Part shown: in pieces, positions 54,216-63,654 of the stretch
How positions within the stretch are numbered: the first letter of the stretch is position 1
Layout of the letters: each line of letters opens with the position of its first letter
Source: a bacterium
Lineage (GTDB): Bacteria; Patescibacteriota; Minisyncoccia; Phycocordibacterales; UBA9973
NCBI GenBank assembly: GCA_037200905.1
Contig: JBBCGN010000002.1
Location: forward strand, 22,879-86,878
Direction: 5' to 3'
Length of the DNA: 64,000 bases
Made by a program: the position numbers and the translations under genes
The notes under the pieces: generated by a model
Database searches by the model: none
Seen by the model: the letters and a program-made list of their open reading frames with translations, nothing else
What the model was told of the DNA's origin: nothing

Positions 54216-55579
54216 ATGGCATATACGGCAAAAATAACATTTTGCGGGGGAACAGGCTCGTAACAGGAGCTAATTTTTTATTCGAGGCCGACGGCAAAAA
54301 GATCCTGATCGACTGCGGGCTGACGCAGGGCCAGAAGATGGCCGACGATATCAACTGGGAGCCCTTTCCGTACGACGTGAAGTCCGTCGATATTCTCTTC
54401 ATCACCCATGCCCACGTCGACCATGTCGGCCGCATTCCCAAGCTCATCCATGAAGGCTTCCGGAGCAAGATCTGGTCCACGCACCCGACCAAGGCCTTGG
54501 CCGGTCCCATGCTCGACGATACCGCCGGCATCTTGGGCAAGAGCGCGGAGCACGACCTCGACGAGATCTACGGCGAAGAGCACATCAAGCTCGCCCTGTC
54601 GCTGTGGGAGGGATTCCCGTACCGCGAGAGCATCAAGCTGACCGACAACCTCTCCGTGTCGTTCCACGATGCCGGGCACATCCTCGGTTCGGCCATGATC
54701 GAGTTCATCTATCACGGCAAGAAGATCGTCTTTACCGGCGACCTCGGCAACAGCCCGTCGCCGATATTGCCCGATACTGAGGCCATTACCGATGTCGACT
54801 ACCTCGTCATGGAGTCCGTCTACGGCGACCGCAATCACGAGAGCCGCAACGAACGCAAGAAATTCCTCGAAGAGACTATCGAGGACAACTACAAGAGGAA
54901 AGGGGCGCTCTTGATTCCTACCTTTTCGCTCGAGCGCTCGCAGGAGCTCCTGTTCGAGCTCAACGACTTGGTGGAGAACAAGCGCATCCCGGTCATGCCG
55001 ATATTCTTCGATTCGCCGCTCGCCATCCGCCTGACGGAAGTCTTCAAGCAGTTTCGGGAATATTTCAACGAGGCCGCGCAGAAGGCCATGAGCCATGACA
55101 AGTACATCTTCGACTTCCCGGGGCTGCATTCCACGCTCAAGTCCGAAGAGTCGCGCATGATAAACGAGATTCCTAATCCGAAAGTCATCATCGCGGGCTC
55201 AGGCATGTCTTCCGGGGGGCGCATCGTGCATCACGAACAGCACTATCTGCCTGATCCGAACAATACACTGCTCCTGACCGGATATCAGGCGGTAGGCACT
55301 CCAGGCCGCTTGATACAAGAGGGACTGAAGTCCGTGAAAATCTCCGGCGAATACGTGCCGGTGCGCTCGCACATCGTCACTATCTCGGGCTATTCCGGCC
55401 ACAAGGATTCCGACGGCCTGCTGAACTTCGTCGAAGGCAGCCAGGAGACGCTCAAGAAGATATTCGTGGTCATGGGCGAGCCGAAATCTTCGCTCTTCCT
55501 GGTGCAGAAGATCAGGGACAATCTCGGCCTCGATGCCTCTGCGCCGGAACTGGGGGATAGCGTTTCCCTTGAATGTTAA
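54216..55579 (+). pseudogene. MBL-fold/beta-CASP ribonuclease (RNase J/CPSF-like) with a -1 frameshift 15 codons into the gene
   Basis: The ATG at 54216 gives MAYTAKITFCGGTGS and then TAA. The rest (VTGANFLFEADGKKILIDCG...HAHVDHVG...) is in the frame of ORF 54242... One nucleotide is missing at ~54258-54261. Confidence 0.8.
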
Positions 55580-55674
55580 CCCTGGTATATGGAGTACCAT
55601 ATGGCAACGGCATTCGGATATCACACAAGTAAGCTTGTGCATACTCCTCACTTGTTGCTATACTAACCTCTACT

Positions 55675-56280
55675 ATGGACGCACTTGCAAACAATCCGTA
55701 TCTTAAACATGGCCATCAGCAGATAAAGATCTGCGTTTCCGGCGCGGCCGACACCGGCCACTGCGGCGTGGACGCCCTCGAGAAGGCCAAGGAGCTCGGC
55801 CGGGAGATCGCCCGTCAGGGCGCGGTGCTCGTCACCGGCGCCACCACGGGCTTCCCGCTCTGGGCCGCCATGGGCGTGAAGGAAGTCGGCGGCATATCTA
55901 TCGGCTTCTCTCCGGCATCGAACGAGAAAGAGCACGTGGAAGTCTACAAGCTGCCGCTCGACTACATGGATCTGATCGTCTATACCGGCTTCGGCTATCC
56001 GGGCCGCGACCTCTTGCTCACGCGCTCCTGCGACGCCGTCATCTGCGGCTGCGGGCGCATCGGCACCATTCACGAGTTTACCATTGCTTTCGAGGACGGC
56101 AAGACCATCGGCATCTACGAAGGGCCGTGGGAGATGGGCGACGAGCTGAAGCAGATACTCGAGAAAGGCCACCGGCCGAACGACAACATCGCCATCGGCG
56201 ACGACCCGAAGAAGATGGTGTCGGACGTGCTCGCCCTCGTGCATAAGCACAAAGTAGACGAATTCAAGATCGCTCCGTAG
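55675..56280 (+). CDS. LOG/TIGR00725-family Rossmann protein (SLOG-type)
   Basis: The sequence reads ICVSGAADTGHCG...AVLVTGATTG...GGISIGFSP...DAVICGCGRIGTIHEF. Confidence 0.65.
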   Translation: MDALANNPYLKHGHQQIKICVSGAADTGHCGVDALEKAKELGREIARQGAVLVTGATTGFPLWAAMGVKEVGGISIGFSPASNEKEHVEVYKLPLDYMDLIVYTGFGYPGRDLLLTRSCDAVICGCGRIGTIHEFTIAFEDGKTIGIYEGPWEMGDELKQILEKGHRPNDNIAIGDDPKKMVSDVLALVHKHKVDEFKIAP

Positions 56281-56354
56281 GCGCAAGACCAAAGGTCGGG
56301 CGTGTAGGAGAAAATTGCTGCTTTGAGTCTTTAGCAGCGAAGAATATGCTCCGT

Positions 56355-56379
56355 CACTTGGACATCGGATGTCCAAGTG
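56355..56379. promoter_or_regulatory. Perfect 12+12 palindrome (candidate operator) abutting a -35 box
   Basis: CACTTGGACATC-G-GATGTCCAAGTG ends 2 nt before the TTGACT at 56382. Confidence 0.5.
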
Positions 56380-56381
56380 CC

Positions 56382-56409
56382 TTGACTTTATGTATATAAA
56401 ATGTATAAC
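56382..56409 (+). promoter_or_regulatory. Promoter candidate for the 56508 gene
   Basis: The arrangement is TTGACT-N16-TATAAC. Confidence 0.45.
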
Positions 56410-56507
56410 ACATAGATAGGCTGAATAAGAGCTATGCCTATGCCCGCTCTGGTTTTCTTCGGGACTTCCCAGCTCTCTCTTCTTTGAAAATTTAAAATTG
56501 GTGCAAA

Positions 56508-57172
56508 ATGTCAGACAACAACACTGCACGCGGCAACAAGCGCGTTGACAAGCTCATCAAGAGCATCCGTCAGAAAGTTGCAAGCAATGATCTGCGCTAT
56601 CGGGCGCATAACAAAGTGAATCACTTCACGCAATCGGAGCTTTTGGAATTTCTGGGCGAACGGGAAGACAGGGTTCTCGTCTCCCTGGCTCTCATTGTCA
56701 CGGGAACGGTCAGGAAGACTGACGAGTTCATGGTGGAAGAAAAATTCCAGCATCGGGCAAAGAGCGCTACCGGCATAGATCTGTATATCTGGGAAGACTT
56801 TCAGGAAAGGATCTTGGACCCGTTGCGGGGCAGGAAAGTGAAGCTTGCCAAGAACCGCACGCTGGACAAGCTCAAGCTCTCCATTGACCGGCATGACACG
56901 GAAATGCAGGCCGAAGTCGGCCACAAGCCGTTCAAGATCGGGGAATTCGTGCCGATGCTATGGGGCATGCTCTCGGAGCAGAAAAACGGCGAGGAAGGAT
57001 TCCTGCTCACAACGATTACGTGAACATCTTCCATGTCGCATTGGAAGACGGAAGCGTTGTCGCTGTGAGCGTCCACTGGGATGACGACAAGTGGCGCCTC
57101 TTTGCCAGTCCGCTCGGCTACGGTGGTCGTTGGCGTGATGGCAGCTGTCTGTTTGTTCCCGCTACTTTGTAA
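56508..57172 (+). pseudogene. Hypothetical protein (~221 aa if repaired) with a -1 frameshift
   Basis: ORF 56508..57023 (...NGEEGFLLT) continues in ORF 56960..57172 (NDYVNIFHVALEDGSVVAVSVHWDDDKWRLF...). One nucleotide is missing at ~57009-57013. I recognise no family. Confidence 0.55.
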
Positions 57173-57250
57173 ACTTTGTACTTTGGTTATTCCGGACCCT
57201 TTGATTCTCTGAATCTTGGGTCCTTTTTCTTTTTCCGAACAAAAAAATCC

Positions 57251-57649
57251 CTAGGCGGGGATCTTTGCTGTCTTTGCGATCTTTGCCTCGCCCGTAGGGC
57301 TATGGCCGAGGGCGGCGTCCATGACTTTCGTGAAGGTCGATGGATGATGCTCGGCGAGGTCGGAGAGGATCTTGCGGTCGAGGGCGATACCCTTCTTGTG
57401 GAGGGCATCGATGAGCTTGGAGTAGCTCATGCCGTTCACGCGGGCGCCGGCGTTGATCTTGATGTTCCAGAGCTTGCGGTTATGGCTCTTCTTGTCCTTG
57501 CGGTGCGCGAAGGAATAGCTGCCGGCGTGGAGCAGGGCGTCCTTGGCCTGGCGCTCCTTGGTGCTGCGGCCGTGGCGCATGCCTTTGGTCTGCTTCAGCA
57601 CGCTTCTTCGTCTCTTCAATGCATGTACTCCTTTTTTAACTCTTGTCAT
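57251..57649 (-). CDS. rplT: 50S ribosomal protein L20
   Basis: It begins MTRVKKGVHALKRRRSVLKQTKG; 132 aa, with a C-terminal extension. Confidence 0.95.
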   Translation of the reverse strand: MTRVKKGVHALKRRRSVLKQTKGMRHGRSTKERQAKDALLHAGSYSFAHRKDKKSHNRKLWNIKINAGARVNGMSYSKLIDALHKKGIALDRKILSDLAEHHPSTFTKVMDAALGHSPTGEAKIAKTAKIPA

Positions 57650-57705
57650 GTGTGATTTTGCGAATCACGTCGCGCAAGTCCTTTTGGCGCGACGCTTTCT
57701 AATTA
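57650..57705 (-). promoter_or_regulatory. Conserved two-hairpin leader element, copy 3, between rpmI and rplT
   Basis: On the minus strand it reads GCGTCGCGC-CAAAAGGACTT-GCGCGACG, then TGATT-CGCAA-AATCA, then CAC-ATG. Confidence 0.7.
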
Positions 57706-57712
57706 TTTTTAA

Positions 57713-57907
57713 TTAACTGAACGGCATCAAATGGCTCTTCGGCTTGTTCTTGATGACGAAGTTTTCGCCCTTGCGGCCGGCGAGCTGGGTGTTTCTCGAC
57801 TGCTTGGCGTTGAAATGGTTGAAGCCGGGCTTGCGCGAGATCACCTTGCCATTCTTCGTGACTTTCAATCTCTTGCTGAACGATTTGTTTGTTTTCATTC
57901 CTTTCAT
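57713..57907 (-). CDS. rpmI: 50S ribosomal protein L35
   Basis: It begins MKGMKTNKSFSKRLKVTKNGK. Confidence 0.9.
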   Translation of the reverse strand: MKGMKTNKSFSKRLKVTKNGKVISRKPGFNHFNAKQSRNTQLAGRKGENFVIKNKPKSHLMPFS

Positions 57908-57919
57908 ATGTTTTTTTCG

Positions 57920-58423
57920 TTATTTCTTCTCTATGGTGGCTATCAGCCCTTTCGGACCCCGCTTGTACGAATCCGACATCTTATAATCCTCGGTGATCAG
58001 ATGGAGCACTCTGTCGAGCCGTTCCCTCAAAAATTTCTCATCCATATACTTCGCGCGGCCCGAGAGGAAGAGTTCTACCTTGATGCGGTGGCCTTCCTTC
58101 AGCCATTTCGAAGCGGTCTTGGCCTTGAGCCCGAGGTCGTGGTCGCCGGTGCCGATCTTTATCTGGATCGACTTGGTCTCCGTCGGCTTCGCCCCCGCCT
58201 TGGCCTTCTTCAATTTCTTGCTGGCCTCGTACTGGTACTTGCCGAAATCCATGATCTTGGCGACCGGGGGATTGCCGTTCGGCGATATCTCGATCAGGTC
58301 CAAGCCCTTGCCGGTGGCGAGTTCCAGAGCTTCTTTGAAGCTCAAGACCCCGAGATTCTGATTTTCATTGTCTATGACCCGCAGTTCTTTGGCCCGTATT
58401 TGATTGTTTATTCGTTCGCGCAA
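57920..58423 (-). CDS. infC: Translation initiation factor IF-3 (non-AUG start)
   Basis: It has RINNQIRAKELRVID, and both the N and C domains are present. The start codon is TTG at 58423 or the in-frame ATC at 58438; there is no in-frame ATG after the upstream stop at 58472-58474. Confidence 0.9.
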   Translation of the reverse strand: MRERINNQIRAKELRVIDNENQNLGVLSFKEALELATGKGLDLIEISPNGNPPVAKIMDFGKYQYEASKKLKKAKAGAKPTETKSIQIKIGTGDHDLGLKAKTASKWLKEGHRIKVELFLSGRAKYMDEKFLRERLDRVLHLITEDYKMSDSYKRGPKGLIATIEKK

Positions 58424-58463
58424 TTGGTATCTATGGATGCTAACTACGGCATATAGTAGCGTA

Positions 58464-59855
58464 TTATGCCCCTAAAGTCAACCTGACCTGTTCAAATATA
58501 GCGTTTATGCGGTTTTGGTCCAAAGCTTCGCCAAAAGCCCGTACGATAGGCTCGGTATTGGAGGGGCGGATGTGCACCCATGAGTTATCGGCCCAGTCAA
58601 AGCGCACGCCGTCGAGTGTGTTGATTTCAGCATCGGCAAATTTTTCCTTGAGCTTGGCATAGACGGTACTCAGGTCGCCTTGGAAATCGAACTTATCTTT
58701 TTGCATGACGTATTTCGGGAAGCTGGCGACAATCTCGGAAATTTTTCTGCCGTCGCGAGCGAGGAGGTCGAGGACGAGCGCCATGCCGGAAAGGCTGTCG
58801 CGGAAATAGCCGACAGCAGGGAATATCGCGCCGCCCGAACCTTCGCCGCCGACATGCGCGCCGACCTCGATCATTTTCTGCACGACATTGGCTTCGCCGA
58901 CTTTTGTGCGATAAAACCGCGCACCGTATTCGCGGGCGACATCTTCGCAGACGCGAGTAGTAGAGAGATTTACCACGGTAGCGCTCTCGTGCTCTTCTTC
59001 TTTTGCCCGCGACAGGACGCTTTTTATGACGAGCGAGACCATCAGTTCTTCCAAGATGAATTCGCCGCGCTCGTTCACGAGCACGAGGCGGTCGGCATCG
59101 GGGTCTTGGACGAAGCCGACATCATGAGTGACTGACTTCATGAAGGCCAGGGTGTCGGTCAGGTTTTTCTCGAGCGGCTCGGGCGTGTGGGCGAAGTTGC
59201 CGTCAGGCGTCTGGTTTATGCCGTGAACTTCGCAGCCGAGCCGAGCGAGGAGTTCTTGAGCGAACGGGCCGCCGCCGGAGTTTATGGAGTCGAGGGCGAC
59301 TGTGAATTTCTTGCTGCGTATCAAATCCGCATCGACATGTTTCAAAACTTCCTGCGCATGAATCATGCGGAATTCGGCATTATCGGATGCTGGTTCTGCG
59401 CTGTCTGGCGGCAGGCTTGGGATCTTATCGGCGCCGGCCAATGCGGCTCGCCATTTCTCTATCTCGGCCGTCTGCGCCTCGTTCGTGAGCATGCCGTCGG
59501 GCATGATGAATTTCACGCCGTTGTATTCGGGAGGATTGTGGCTCGCGGTAATCATGATGCCGCCGTCAAAGCCCAGCTTCTTGGTGAGCAGGAGCATGGA
59601 CGGGGTAGGCAGGATGCCGGCGTAGGTGACTTCGATATGTTCTTTCTCAAGCGCTTCTTCGGCGGCATGGAAGATGTTCGGGCCGGAATGGCGGGCATCG
59701 CGGCCGACGAGGACTTTTACTTTGTCTTTGCCCTTATTGGCATCGGCGATCATGCGCGCAAAAGAACGCGCATATTCGAAAGCGATCTGCTCGTTCAAAT
59801 CCTGGCCCCAGATAGCCCGGTAGCCGGTGACCGATAATTTTGGTTTTTGCGACAT
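58464..59855 (-). CDS. Alpha-D-phosphohexomutase (phosphomannomutase/phosphoglucomutase/GlmM family)
   Basis: It has the active-site loop ITASHNPPEYNGVKF and the metal site FVQDPDADR; 463 aa. Confidence 0.88.
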   Translation of the reverse strand: MSQKPKLSVTGYRAIWGQDLNEQIAFEYARSFARMIADANKGKDKVKVLVGRDARHSGPNIFHAAEEALEKEHIEVTYAGILPTPSMLLLTKKLGFDGGIMITASHNPPEYNGVKFIMPDGMLTNEAQTAEIEKWRAALAGADKIPSLPPDSAEPASDNAEFRMIHAQEVLKHVDADLIRSKKFTVALDSINSGGGPFAQELLARLGCEVHGINQTPDGNFAHTPEPLEKNLTDTLAFMKSVTHDVGFVQDPDADRLVLVNERGEFILEELMVSLVIKSVLSRAKEEEHESATVVNLSTTRVCEDVAREYGARFYRTKVGEANVVQKMIEVGAHVGGEGSGGAIFPAVGYFRDSLSGMALVLDLLARDGRKISEIVASFPKYVMQKDKFDFQGDLSTVYAKLKEKFADAEINTLDGVRFDWADNSWVHIRPSNTEPIVRAFGEALDQNRINAIFEQVRLTLGA

Positions 59856-59920
59856 GGGGTCATTCTACCACTTCGCAATCAACTATCAAGAACGCTGCCC
59901 CGCGTGGTACTATTTCAGAT

Positions 59921-60606
59921 ATGGAAATACCGGAGCCGAAACTCGGAGACTACGGCATCGACGCCTTTCTCTACAAGAACTACAAGGACGACCTGTTCGT
60001 CTTCCTGAAGTACAAGATCAGCCTGAAGAAGGAGCTCGAGCACAACAGCTGGTTCTGGCCGAGCTTCATCGCCGTCATCGTGCTTACGATTGCGAGCATC
60101 TACGTCTTCGGCGAGCGCTGGTTCTGGGTGGCTATCGTGGTGTATTTCGCCGTGTACTATCTCGGGCTCCTGAAATCGCAGGGCTACAAGAAGATCGAGG
60201 ACGCTATCGCCGAGATCGACGGGCAGCTCGACCGTACGAGGCGGAGATCAAGAAGAAAGTGGCGCCCTTCGAGGAAGCCACGGCGAGATACTATCAGGCG
60301 AAGCTCGAAGAATATTTCGAGAAGAATATTTTCAAGAAGGACGACAAGAGCGACCAGTTTTCGCACATCGCCTCAGAATTCGCCGTCATGCTCGAAGAGG
60401 CCAGGGAAGTGAACAAGATACTCATCACCACGCGCATCCACATCGGCCGCTATGAGCGCTATCTGAGGGGCGTGAAATACACGCCAGTGTCTACCGGCGG
60501 CAAGACCAACGCCTTCGTCAAAGCCGTGAAAGAGCTCGACGAGAACCTCGAACTCCGCAAGAAGACGACAGATCATCCAGAAGCCTTCAACCTGCCGAAG
60601 GCATAA
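59921..60606 (+). pseudogene. Hypothetical two-TM membrane protein with a -1 frameshift
   Basis: The N-terminal piece is MEIPEPKLGDYGID...two TM...AEIDGQLD (frame of ORF 59840..). It continues PYEAEIKKKVAPFEE...AFNLPKA* (frame of ORF 59827..). One nucleotide is missing at ~60230-60234. Confidence 0.55.
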
Positions 60607-60639
60607 ATAAAAAAGCCGGTATCAATAATTGATACCGGC
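60605..60639 (-). terminator. Rho-independent terminator (minus-strand orientation) for 60648..61040
   Basis: On the minus strand the structure is GCCGGTATCAAT-t-ATTGATACCGGC-TTTTTTATTTAT. Confidence 0.7.
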
Positions 60640-60647
60640 CTGATGTC

Positions 60648-61040
60648 TTACCCAATCATAAGTTCTGCGGTTCTTGCCTCTTCGGTGGCTTCCACTTTTA
60701 TAAGCGGAAAATGCGGTCCGAAAAAATACGGTTGCGGAGGAAGTAACTCAATGTTTTCTTCGCTAATCCATGCATGCCGTACAATGTCGTGCGGACGGAT
60801 CGGCCTTTCCCCGAATAATTTCGTAGAGATTAGAAAAAGCCTTTTCTGTGGTGTTTCTTCTCTCAGAATCGTACAGGTTTTGTCGGTGTATACGACAAAG
60901 TAGAAAACCTTCGGTAACCTGTTCGTACTGGTACGCATCTGGCCTCGTAAGCTACGAGCCAATCCGGAGCCAATCAACAAGAATACCAACGCAGCGACAC
61001 TAATCCATGCTGCGAACCAAATGGGAGTCATCTGAATCAT
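60648..61040 (-). CDS. Hypothetical membrane-anchored protein (130 aa)
   Basis: The ORF has one N-terminal TM, low GC and its own terminator. Confidence 0.5.
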   Translation of the reverse strand: MIQMTPIWFAAWISVAALVFLLIGSGLARSLRGQMRTSTNRLPKVFYFVVYTDKTCTILREETPQKRLFLISTKLFGERPIRPHDIVRHAWISEENIELLPPQPYFFGPHFPLIKVEATEEARTAELMIG

Positions 61041-61250
61041 ACAAACTGTGTTGTGCAGGCAAAAAGATAGAATGCAGTAAGGGCCGAAGCCGTTAGTGCT
61101 GGCATGTTTCCGCCTGCGGTTATAAAAGAATGTTTACTAATGCACTATAGCATTTATCATAGATAAGTCAATAATGGCTATTGCAGTTCTTATCTAGTGG
61201 TGATAATCTGATAGTGACAACCGATTTCTTCATAATTTAAAACTTTTAGT

Positions 61251-61682
61251 ATGAAAAGTTTAGTGTTGGCGGAGGCTCCGCAGTCCGACGTGCTCAAGCG
61301 CGAGATGGAGAGAGCAAAAATTTCTCATGGACAGCGGGTCAGCGCGATTCTCTCGAATGTCCGCGTCGCAGTGGACAATCAGGGGCAGTTTGTCCTCTTT
61401 TTCTGCCCGATGAAAAAGGTACAGAAAATCGCCGTGCTGGAAGAAGGCGACGGCGGCGAATTGCCTGAAAAAGCTGTACTGGTAGGTTCGCTTCCTATTA
61501 CCGAAACGGGAGACTATGACTTCCATAATGTAGAGCTTTACTCGAACGGCAAGATGCAAGTAATTTTCAGGGAGAATTCGTATTTCCTGCCGCATGGGGA
61601 GTCGCTGCAGGCGGAGAGGCAGAGAGCAAGAGTCTTGTGCCAAGGCGCGGATCCTGGCGGTCCGTCGAGCAATTGTTTTTAA
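61251..61682 (+). CDS. Hypothetical protein (143 aa)
   Basis: The ORF is followed by a terminator at 61693-61726 (AAAAGTTCCCG-actatg-CGGGGACTTTT). Confidence 0.5.
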   Translation: MKSLVLAEAPQSDVLKREMERAKISHGQRVSAILSNVRVAVDNQGQFVLFFCPMKKVQKIAVLEEGDGGELPEKAVLVGSLPITETGDYDFHNVELYSNGKMQVIFRENSYFLPHGESLQAERQRARVLCQGADPGGPSSNCF

Positions 61683-61734
61683 ATCGTATGCAAAAAGTTC
61701 CCGACTATGCGGGGACTTTTTTATTTGTAGAGCC

Positions 61735-61773
61735 AAAATAAAAAATGGCAGATACTATGATAGTATCTGCCAT
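61735..61773 (-). terminator. Rho-independent terminator (minus strand) for 61802..63064
   Basis: A 13-bp perfect stem (ATGGCAGATACTA-tga-TAGTATCTGCCAT) is followed by a T-run on the minus strand. Confidence 0.75.
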
Positions 61774-61801
61774 TGATGATTATCTTTCGATCATGATCGA
61801 A

Positions 61802-63064
61802 CTATTTCTTATTCTCGATGAGAATGAGAATCGGAGAACAGGTTGATTTGATTTCTTTCAACAATCCTTCGTAGCCAGTAAAATCTTTGTATGGCTCGAG
61901 AAATGCGAGAAAGCTCTCTACTTGTTTCATAAATAGCTCGAGCGTGTCATCATTATAGGATCGCACAGCGGCATTACTGATGAATTTGAGCGCTGTGATC
62001 AAGTCATCTGTCCATACCAGATGCCTCTTCATCTTGGAGATGGTCACGAGTTGCGACAATGGTGTCGCTGCGATGCGTGCGGCCCCGAGAGCAGTGATGC
62101 TGCGGGAGTCATTGGAGTAATGCCTGATAGGAATGAGAAGATTGATCCAATGCTGGTCAGTATTTCTACTGATTTCTGCCATTACCATCTGAACCGTTTC
62201 CTCGCGTGCCTTGTCTGCTAACTCTTTTTTTCTCTTCTGCTCTTCGGCTTCGGCTTTTCTTTGAGCTTCCTGCCGCTGTTCCTCCGCAGATTCTCTTTCT
62301 TTCTTCGCAGTTGCCATTTGACGCCCGCGAAGAAAGATCATAACTCCAGTTGCGAATCCCAAGGTACCAATGGGCACTACGATGTGCCACAGCGGTACTG
62401 ACAAAACAGTGGTAAACCAAAATTGACAGAGCGTACTGACAGTACCGATTATCGGAAAGGCAAATACAAGATTGGAAGCATCCCATTTTTCTTCCAAGAA
62501 TTCGTCGATAGACGGTTCGTCGAGGAATGTAATGCTGAAGAAGAATCCGGCAAGCGCGGGAACCCAGACGAATTGAGTGCCGAAGTGCTTGTACAGCCCG
62601 ACAACCATGGAGATGATCGTGCCGATTGCCAGGGCTTTGCTGTACGTCTGGTAATAATACTTGTCATAGCGATTTTTGAAACCGTTATGGAAGGATAGAA
62701 CGGCGACCAGCACGCCGATACCTGTTGCGAGCGTCAGCACTGTCGGGCTAAGCTCATTTTGAGCATCATTGTAACGGTTTGCCAATGCCACCCAGCCAGC
62801 GCCTCCTGCAGAAAGTATTAGCAAATTTCGCAGAGAGATTTCTGAATTAGATTTATTGTCGGTAGCTCTTTTACTGTTGCCCACGATGAGCGAGATGATC
62901 GTAGCTATGATGACGACAATTGTTCCGGGCCAGAAACCGGTGAATCGTGCGCTTGCGTGCACCAAGAAAAGACAGATGAGAGGGAAGACGGCCAAAGGGA
63001 TCAAATACATGATTTGATCGAGAACTTTTGAGAACGCATTGCGTTCTCCGAATGAGTTGTTCAT
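61802..63064 (-). CDS. Hypothetical polytopic membrane protein with a charged coiled-coil and a C-terminal soluble domain (420 aa)
   Basis: It has about 8 TM helices. These are followed by KKERESAEEQRQEAQRKAEAEEQKRKKELADKAREE and a ~140-aa C-terminal domain. Confidence 0.6.
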   Translation of the reverse strand: MNNSFGERNAFSKVLDQIMYLIPLAVFPLICLFLVHASARFTGFWPGTIVVIIATIISLIVGNSKRATDNKSNSEISLRNLLILSAGGAGWVALANRYNDAQNELSPTVLTLATGIGVLVAVLSFHNGFKNRYDKYYYQTYSKALAIGTIISMVVGLYKHFGTQFVWVPALAGFFFSITFLDEPSIDEFLEEKWDASNLVFAFPIIGTVSTLCQFWFTTVLSVPLWHIVVPIGTLGFATGVMIFLRGRQMATAKKERESAEEQRQEAQRKAEAEEQKRKKELADKAREETVQMVMAEISRNTDQHWINLLIPIRHYSNDSRSITALGAARIAATPLSQLVTISKMKRHLVWTDDLITALKFISNAAVRSYNDDTLELFMKQVESFLAFLEPYKDFTGYEGLLKEIKSTCSPILILIENKK

Positions 63065-63175
63065 TGTGTAATGTTTTTTTGTAAAGGAACTGCGGGAGTA
63101 TTCTCGTACTTGTAATCGTACGTGGCCATATTCCTATGACTTTTACTTGGCACCCGGTTACCCCAAGATGTTTAT

Positions 63176-63204
63176 ATTATATCACTATTTTATGTAAAAG
63201 TCAA
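63176..63204 (-). promoter_or_regulatory. Minus-strand consensus-like promoter for 61802..63064
   Basis: TTGACT is the reverse complement of 63199-63204 and TATAAT is the reverse complement of 63176-63181, with N17 between them. Confidence 0.55.
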
Positions 63205-63206
63205 TA

Positions 63207-63239
63207 CAAAAAAGAGGCCGTAATTACGGCCTCTTTTTT
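63207..63239. terminator. Bidirectional terminator immediately downstream of the tmRNA 3' end
   Basis: The structure is AAAAAAGAGGCCG-taatta-CGGCCTCTTTTTT. Confidence 0.8.
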
Positions 63240-63244
63240 GTATG

Positions 63245-63646
63245 TGGAGATGGCGAGAATTGAACTCGCGTGCAGAAGGGTTTTGCAGAGAAGTCTACGT
63301 GCGTAGCGCGCTTTTTGTTTTAAATCGGAAAGCTAATAAGCGGGCGAAATATTTTCCGATCGAGCCCTAGGTTTTCGTCTCCGACCTCAAGCCGGGTCGG
63401 AGCTTATCCCGATAATATTATGCCCGTGCCGTATATATCGGAAGTCTATACGTCGGACACCAGCTCGCGCGCTTACGCGAAGGCTGGAGCGAATGCGAAG
63501 TCCGCCTTACCGAAGTAAGGTGAAAGTCGAGCAAGCGCTTTGGAAGCTGATTTTGCAATTAGCTTGAGAACGAATTTTTACGAGATTACGTTCATGCTCG
63601 GCATGCATCAATGGCAAAATTCCAACTGTCTATGCCTGGCATCCCC
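63245..63646 (-). ncRNA. ssrA: tmRNA (SsrA), ~402 nt
   Basis: On the minus strand the 5' GGGGATG pairs with the 3' CATCTCC, giving a G3:U wobble, with discriminator A. The T-arm is GCGAG-TTCAATT-CTCGC. The block GCATGCCGAG...CTCGTAAAAA resembles E. coli tmRNA. The tag ORF is GCA AAA TCA GCT ... GCC TTC GCG TAA, encoding AKSASKALARLSPYFGKADFAFAPAFA*. Confidence 0.85.
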
Positions 63647-63654
63647 AGGTATCC

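Noticed and set aside
63555-63575. The motif TTGCAAAATCA from the r-protein leader element also occurs in tmRNA (minus strand: GCTAATTGCAAAATCAGCT), exactly at the start of the tag reading frame.
   Set aside because: It is intriguing as a possible shared ribosome-positioning motif. However, it is a single 11-mer match without the accompanying hairpins, GCAAAATCA there is simply the first three tag codons (A-K-S), and chance cannot be excluded without a genome-wide count.
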